Part shown: one piece after another, positions 11,301 through 20,300 of the stretch
How positions within the stretch are numbered: the first letter of the stretch is position 1
How the letters are laid out: the number at the start of each line of letters is the position of its first letter
From: an uncultured Clostridia bacterium
GTDB taxonomy: Bacteria > Bacillota > Clostridia > Christensenellales > UBA1242
NCBI GenBank assembly: GCA_944345545.1
Contig: CALVMK010000062.1
Span: 4,538-68,537 of the forward strand
DNA length: 64,000 bases
Reading direction: 5' to 3'
Position numbers and translations under genes: made by a program
The notes under the pieces: generated by a model
What the model saw: only the letters and a program-made list of their open reading frames with translations
What the model was told of the DNA's origin: nothing
Database searches by the model: none

Positions 11301-14300
11301 CATTATTATCATAAATATCAAGTTTTATATTGTTATTAACAATGTATCTAAAAGGTAAATTAGAATTTAATTCATCAACTAAGAATTGATAGCTAGTAGA
11401 ACCTGAAAGACTACCAAATAGTCCACCAACACTACCTGTTTTTGCTTTAACTTCTTTAGCATCATCTTCATTATCAGTTAGTAATGAATATAATGAATAA
11501 TTGAAGGTTAAACCATCTTGTCCTGAATATTTTTGTGCAAGATTTGCATCTACACTTCCAACAACTTTACCAATTAAGCCACCAGCATTTAAAGTGTTTA
11601 TATAATAATTTTCTCCACACAAAATATTAGTTTTTAAATTGAATTCACTATCATTGATATTTTCATAATTAATTAAGTCAAGGTCAATACTTCCAGAAGC
11701 ACCTGCTATATGTCCTACATTTAATGACAAATCTTTATTAGTATTGTTTAAAGGTTGTAAATAAATGTTTATAAAGCTGTCATTAAATTTTATATTGCTT
11801 ATTTTTGATACACTTGAAGCTGTTCCTAAATATCCTGTTAAAACACCTACTGAAATCTCCATTTTATTTGGAAGTTTATTTAACAAGTCAGTATCACTTG
11901 GAATTTTAACTTCAACTTCATTTCCAGCGTTAGTTGTATTATCAAAATTGATATCTGAGAATGAAGATTTTTCTGCAACAGCACACAAAAGCCCTATATT
12001 ATATCCATTAGATTCTGTGGAAGGTATTGTATAAGAAATTGAACAATCTCTAACAGTGATGTTGTTAAATGTTGTGCCAGTAGCAGTGTTTACCAAGATT
12101 GATGATATATTTGGTCTGTAATCATAATCAGCACTTACACCTTTACCAACACCAGTAATAACAAAGTTAGAGAACTGAGCTCCAGTCAATGTTCCATTAA
12201 ATAAAGGTGCTGTTATTTTTTCCGTTGAATTATAAACTGTAAAGTCAAAACCATATTCTTCAGTGTCAGTTCTTCCACGAAGTAAGCCAGAAAAACCATC
12301 TACTGTAAAACCTTGTTTAGTTGTTGCAAGGTAATCTCCAACTTTAATTATACAACCATCTACATCATTACCTACTATTATAAATGTCTTGTTTTTATAT
12401 TGTTGTAAATATACTAAATCAGAAGCTTCTCTAATATAAATTACAGAAGGCTCTACTTTAAATGTTAAATGTGGGAATAAGTGAGGAACTGAATCTTCTG
12501 TTTCTGTAGTCCAATATTCTTGGTCCCAACCAGCATTTCTAAAGATTTTATTCATTTCATTTGCATAATCGACAAGAGAAGAATTTATAAGTTCGCTTAT
12601 CTTTTGCACATCTGTTGAAATCATTATTTCGCCATTCAATTCTTCATTAGGATTTTCAGAAATAACAGCAGAGCTTAAAGATTTATTAAAATAGAACTCA
12701 TCATTATTTGTCAATATTTTTTCTAGAGCATTTACATCATAATTTGTTTGATTTATTAATATGTTTAATGCGTTTGAACCTTCAGGCATAAAGTATATGT
12801 CATATACATTATTAAGATATTTCTTTCCGTCTTTAATTGTATATTCACCACTTAAAGTGCCTTGTTTTTCTGGAACAGATAGATAGTTAATTGCGTTTAT
12901 TTTTTCAAGTTCTATTTGCTTCCATACACCATCTTCAATAAGTCCAAATATTCCACCCGCACCAGTATTAGCTAATAAATCACCTGTAGAATAAAGTTCA
13001 CTAAATGTTAATGAATATGTTTGATTATATCCATAGTCATTTAATCCCCCAAAGCTAGAATTATCTCTATCAGTAATTGCTCCAATAATTCCGCCAGCGT
13101 ATTCAGCTAATGTTGAAGTAACATTTAATTTAGAATAAGCTTTATCAAGTTTACCAGTAACAAACTCTCCAACTATACCACCTATAAATTTAGGCTTGTA
13201 ACTTGTTGAGTTTTCATATTCAAATAGTTTTAAATTCCCCCTATTTATTTCTGCACTAGAATTATTGTAATAATTAGAATAATTATTTTCAATTTCAAGT
13301 TGGTCGTTAGAAGAATGTTCTGTTCTAACCATGAATAAATATCCATAATTTTCACCAACTATTCCACCTGCGGCGAATTTATATGCAACAAGCTTTTGAG
13401 AATATTCTCCTTGACTTGAAGAAATTTCATATAAAGCATCTTGCAACATTGTTTGAGGACCTAAGAAACCAACAATACCACCTACTGTTGCACCATAAAC
13501 GCTTGTGTTTCCGCTTGCTTTTAAACCAACAGCATTAGGGTCGGATAATATAGTAGAAAATTTATAGTCATTTATATTAGTATAAATGTCAATAACACCT
13601 GCAATTCCACCAGCATAAGATATGTTATTTCTAATAGAACGATTGTAAAATTGTTGTGAAGAACTGCCAACATCATTACCTGCTACAACTGTTAAATTCT
13701 CTACTGAAATATTGCTTAAGTAACTATTTCCTATAATTCTTCCAGCAACACCACCCGCTAAGTTATAGCCATAGATAACAGCATTTTCACTTGCTAGTCC
13801 ATTAGAAATGTTTATGTTAATTATTTTAGAGTCTTTAATAGTTCCGCTAAGAGCTCCAACATAATTAACCCCAGTAGCATTTACACCTTTAATTTCAAGG
13901 TTTAAATTCATTATAACGGCACCATTATCAAGTTCTTTAAATAAACCATAACTAGTGTTTGCCCCACCTAATGTGGAAACAAGTTCAATTCCTGAAACAG
14001 TAAAACTGTTACCATCAATTAGTCCTAGGCCATTAACTTCACCATTATTGCTATAGGTTGGAACTAAAGACATTTCTGTAGACCTTAAAGTCAAGCCAGT
14101 TTCATCAGAAAGCAAACTAGAAAGATCTATATTATCAACAATTCTGTAATTACCAAAAACCTTATTTTGAACAAGGTCATAATAGAAAGCAACACTAGAG
14201 CTTACATTTGCTGTATCTCCACCAAAAACTTGATTAAACTCATCAGCATTTCTAATTATGATAGGATTTTTACTGCTTCCATATCTATAGCCATCTGCAT

Positions 14301-17300
14301 AAACAAAACTATAATCAACAATATCACCATCTGAATTTGTTTCTTCAACTTTTAAAATTCTTGAAGAAATTGCAATATTATTTGCACTAACAAGTTCAGG
14401 CCCTTGAACTGTCATATACCAAACGCCATCGTAAGTATTTCCTTCAACTGAACTATTTGAAAATGCAAAACCATAAAAGCTATCTTTAACGTCAGGGTCT
14501 ATTATTCTGTTTACAGATGTGTTATATAAAGATTCCATATCTGTGCCAGCATATTCATCATCTAAAGAAGTATCTGAATTATAATAATAACAATTTTCAA
14601 CTAAACCATAGTTTTGCAAATCTAGATTGACATCAACGCCTAAGAAATTCATTTGAGTGCTGTTTGAATTTTCAATTCTAGAAGCCGAGTAACATCTTCT
14701 AACAATACCGTCAGAAGTGTTTATATAAACAAAGCCTGCACTTAATCTTCCGCTTTCTTTATCACCTAATGTTGTCAACATTATGTTACTGTAAGAATCT
14801 TCAACAATTCCTTCATTTTGATAAACAAAACCTGCACTAACACTTGCCGTTTGAATTCCAGCTCCTGTTGCATGAATTTCATAACTATTTGCATACACAC
14901 CTTTAGCATAACTTAGCCTTATTTCACCAAGGTTATTTATAACAAATCCTGCAGTAGAAGTGTCAGAGCCACTTGATGTTTGATTAACAATTGTTCCATT
15001 CATAAAGAAGCTAGAAGCTATAATTCCTGTGTTTTCATAAACAAACCCAGCAATATTTCCCTGTGCAACAATGTTAAATACAGTTGGAATAATAGATGTG
15101 CTATTAGCAACTTCTAAGCTTAAACCACCCACTCTGCTGTTAGTAATAGAACCATTATTATTGTTTACAACAAACCCTGCCACTCGACTTTGAACTTTAT
15201 CTATATCAATATTGCTATAACCATAGTTTACAACAATGCCTTGAGTTGAAGGTTCTGGTCTTCCCGTTCCATTTACGTAATAAGACACAACTTCACAGTT
15301 TGTAATAATACCGTTATTGGTAATTGCAAAACCAGCAATGTCTACAGATGTAACATTGGTCATACTTAAATTGATGTTTCCACCAAAATAAGTGTTTACC
15401 CTAATATTTTTTAAAGTTGTATCCTGACTTACTTCATCAAACAACGCTAATTTTATTGAAGATTGCTCGTTAGAAACATTGTAGCTTAAAATATGAATTG
15501 TTTTATTGTTTCCATCAAAGCTTCTAATCATTGAAGTACTAATAGGAGTGTAGTCTAAAAGATATATATCTTCTGTTAAAATATAATCTAAAGCTTCTTC
15601 GTTGTTAACAATGTTTAAAAATTTTTCAGCTGAATCAATGATAACTGGTTTATCTTCATTTGTTTCCAAAACTACATTGATAGTAAAGTAATATTCAAGA
15701 TATGTTTTTGTTGGCTCACTTGTGCCATTAGGAATTTGAATTGGAATTCTTAGCAACAAATTTACGCTACCAGTTGTAGCTTGAAGTCCACGTACATAAA
15801 GATTAGAACCGTCATAGCTAAAAGCACAGTAATTGTTAGAAGATATTTGCCCACTTTGTCTATTAAATACTTTGCTAAGTTCAATTCTATCAGGGTTGTA
15901 AGTATCAGCATAGTAAAGATTATCAATGAAATTTGCAACAATAACTCCATTTGAACTATCTAAGTCAAAATCGTATGGCAATTCATCATAAAAACCATTT
16001 ACAATGTAACTATTTTTTTGGTCGTAAGTTTCTTCTGGGTTAGAATTATAATATTTATATTGATTAAATAAATTTAAACTATTAGGAAGATAACTATCAA
16101 CATCAAAGTCAAATTCTAATTTTTGAGTTGTTCCTACATACAAAGTTAAAACATCTTTATTGTACGCATCAGTTTTTAATTGAGTACCTTCAGGATTAAT
16201 CACAAAATCTGTGATTGCCACATAAACAACATCTTCAGCCGTTTCAACAACTCCGTTAATAACTCTTCTTGTAGTTGCTGTTACAATTATGTAATTATCT
16301 CCATTTTTTGGAGTTAAATCTGTGCTTGCATATAGTGTTGTTGTGTAATTTTTTAAACCAGTATTTTCATCAACAGTGTAAGTTAGTGGGTCATAACTTA
16401 CAGTTCCGCTTTCAACATTCTCTATACCTAAAGCATCAATAGTTTGGTCAACATTAACACTTATTGTTACCTCTCCAGAACCTCCTCTTGCAATAATAGC
16501 TTGCTTATCACCATTAACATTTAAGTCTGGCTTTGAAACATGCTGAACAGACAACATAAACTTATTTGTTTTTAAAGCTTCACCATTTTCATTATAAGCA
16601 GTGATAGAAAGCTCATAAATTGTATCGGCGTCAACATCTGAAGGAATGAAAGTTCTCAAATATAACGAACCAATATCTTGAGAAAGATTAGGTTTAAATA
16701 TTCTTATACCATTTGTAATGGTTTCATAACCAAAAGTTTTTCTTACAAATTTAGTTCCATCAACTTTTTCCATTAACCCAAACTTAACTTGATAAGAAGA
16801 ACCTAATATAGTGTTTGATGTTACTTCAATATAGCTATAATTAGAGTATGTAGGATAAAGTTCTACATTTAATAGCCCTTCTTTACCAGGAGCAAGTAAG
16901 GTTTTTGGAATAGTATCATAAACATAATGCATTCTATCAGAACCCTGATAGTCTTCCCAAATAGTAGAATTTAACAAATAATGAGAAGTGTTTATGTAAG
17001 ATAATTGTTGAGTTTCTACAGTAAGATTAAAAGTTGTAGAAACTTTAGTACTGTCAGCATATAATGAAATCTCAAATAATTGACCATCATAATTTAATGA
17101 TTTTAACGAATCATCAAGAATTCCAAATGAAACTTCATAAATTTGTTTAAAATATTTTGCATCTTGAGAATAGATGTCTTCCACAATTTCAGTCATTTCT
17201 TTATTTTTGAAAGCAACTACACCAACATTTTCAATTCTTATGCTTACAAAACCATTTGAAAAAATTCTATAATCATCATAAATATCTATACTTTCAACAC

Positions 17301-20300
17301 CAAAATAACCTATAACTTCTTCTTGAGTAAATGTTCCATCTTCATTATGTTTGGTGATTGTGGTAGTAATTCCATTGTAATTAGAAAAACCATTTTCTTT
17401 TAAAGCATCGCTATTTAAAAAGCTAGCCATTAAATCATCACATTGGTTGCCATTTTCATCTACGTTTTTATCAGTATAAATAACAACTTGAACTGTTTGA
17501 GCAAAAGAATCTACTGGCTCTATTGAAAGTTCATTTGTTTCAGCTTCGATTTTATCTGCTCCATTGTAAAGTTTAACATTAAAAGATTTTACATAAGTTT
17601 CAGCTATTGCATTGTTATATATTTCGTCTAAACCGTTTACATATAATTTTAAGCTTACCTTTATGTTATCATAAACATAATCTTGGATTTTAGCGGTAAC
17701 TATATTATGTACACCAATTTTGGTTCCATCAATTTCCAACCCAACAGTGCTTGGTTCTCCATTAATATCAGTTATAACACTAAGAATCTCTAAATCGTTT
17801 TGTTTTAAATTTATTGCTCTATTTATTGCAATTTTTGATGTTGAAATGGAAGAAGAAACAGAGTCAGAATCTCCGTGTTTTATAGATATAGTAGAATCTA
17901 CACCAAGTTCCCTACCAAAGTAATCAAGTTTAAAATCTTGAATTTTATAAATTATAGTTGCATTATACTCTTTTTTTAATGTGTAATCATATTTTGAAAA
18001 GACTGTAAATGTAAAAGTTCCTGTTACAACATCATTAACAGTTAAATATTCAGAGCCTGTAAACAAAGGAGCATTGTTGCTAACACTTATTCTAATAGAA
18101 GATGTATTGTTTAAACCAAAAAGTGTTTTTAAACTAATAGTATTCCAACTAGCAACAACAGCATTTTCCATATCTGTTAACGACATGCCTTCTGGTTCAT
18201 AATAGAAGAATATTACATAATTTTCATTGTCTTCAGTTTTAAAGGCTAAAGATAAATCAGTGTTTTTGATATCAAATTCACTTATAGAATCAAGTTCTTT
18301 TTCCTGCATGATTGCATTAAAATAAGGATATCTATTATTAGTTAAAGAATCAAAATTCCAAAGTTTATCAGACCCAAAAGAAATGTTTTTGTAAGCATTT
18401 CCATTATCTGGGTAAGTAGGAGGATTATCTATTTCAAGACTATTTGCAATAATTCTATATTCACCACTTTCGCCAAACAAGTATGCGTTTTGCACGTAAG
18501 AAATCAAGGTTATGTTATCTTCATTTCCTGCAAAATTGGAGTTTTTAACACTTGCAAAACATGCATTAACTTCACCGTTAGAAATTTCGCCAACTAAAGA
18601 GCCTAAACTAGAACCTTCATCTAAACCAATTAACACGCTTTCATATGCATTATTATCACCATTAACTTTTACGTAAGAATATGCAAAACTAAATGATAAT
18701 GTTCCATCAGTCATTTTTCCAACTAGTCCACCAACTACATTACCTTTAATGTTAGAAAAAGCATTTTCATATCTATAAAATTCCACCTTACAATAACTTA
18801 TATTGCCAGAATTTTCTCCTGCAATTCCACCAACATAAGATAAGGCGTTTTCATTCGTAACAATACCGTAAAAATTACAATTTGTAATTGTTCCAATATT
18901 AACACTAGCAATTCCACCACTTACATTTTTATCTAATCCATCAATGTTTAAGTTTAAAATATCATTATCTGTAAGAGCTGTAACTGTGCTAGCTTTATAT
19001 TCATCTCCGTCTACCCATGTATCAACAACAACATTGTTAATGGTTCCATTATTAATTAAAGCAACAAAAGCTCCTTTTGCTTCACCAACAAGTGTTACAT
19101 CTTCAACAATAGCACTATTTCCAAGCGTAGTGAACAAAGAAGTTTCACTTAAAATTATAGTGTGAGTAACATCATCTCCTATTTTTTTAGCAAAGAATCC
19201 ACCATTAAATGTAACCGTTTTACCATTATAAGTGTCTAGTGGAGATGTTAAAGGTTGTTGCAAATCTTTTGTTAAAGTGTAATACAAGTCTGGATACTCT
19301 TGTATATAAGCTTTTATTGTATCAATATCTTCTTCTTCATAAGAAGTTTCTCTTGACCTTCCATCTGCAACTTTAACTGGAATATATCTTGCAACATCTT
19401 CTTCACCAACAACATATCTTCCATTAATATAGCAATCTTCTGGTGCAATTCTAATATAACCCGTTCCACCAATAATTTGGTTTTTAGATAGGGTTATTTT
19501 ACCCGTATTATCAACAGAAATAAGTGTTGGAGAAGAATTACTATTAGGTAAAAATTCATAAATTAAATTCGTGTTTAAAGGGTTATTAGATGTGTCCGCA
19601 TGGGCTAAAACATAAGTAATTTGGTCTTGTCTTTCATCTTCGCCTTCAAATTTTTCGATTTCTAAATAAACACCATTTTCTTCAGTAACATTATCTAGTA
19701 TAATATTTTCAACCTTATTTGCTCTACGTATTGTTAAATTGAATGCCCTATTTATCTCTTGTCCAAATTCAACTGCTTTAACTAAAATGTTGTCAGTAAT
19801 CATATTTGCAATAGCAAGTCCACCAGCCACAAGTTGATAGGTTGATTCAGCATTTATTGAAACAGAGTTTGTTTCAGTTATAGTAATTGTATAAAGAGTC
19901 TTTCTATCTAATTCATTAGCTTCTTCAACTAACACAACATCAATGTCCGTAGTTCCAGAAACTTCATTTCCTTGAATAAACCAAGAAAGTTTGTTATAAG
20001 TTGGTTGATTTTGAACATTTCCATTATTAAAAATAACATTAAAATTAACAAAAGTTGAATTGATGTTAGCATCACCAACACTATCTTTTGAATAAAGGGT
20101 TGCACTTGACCTAGAAAGCAACATTGAAGTAATTGGCACATAACTTTCTATGATAAAATATTTTGTAATAGTATATTCAACCTTTTTACCATTTTGCAAA
20201 GTAAAACCTGTTATTTTTGCCCTTACAAGAACCTTTCCTTCACCAGATGCAATAATTTGATTATAATTATTAAGATATAAAGAATTTACTATAGAAGAAG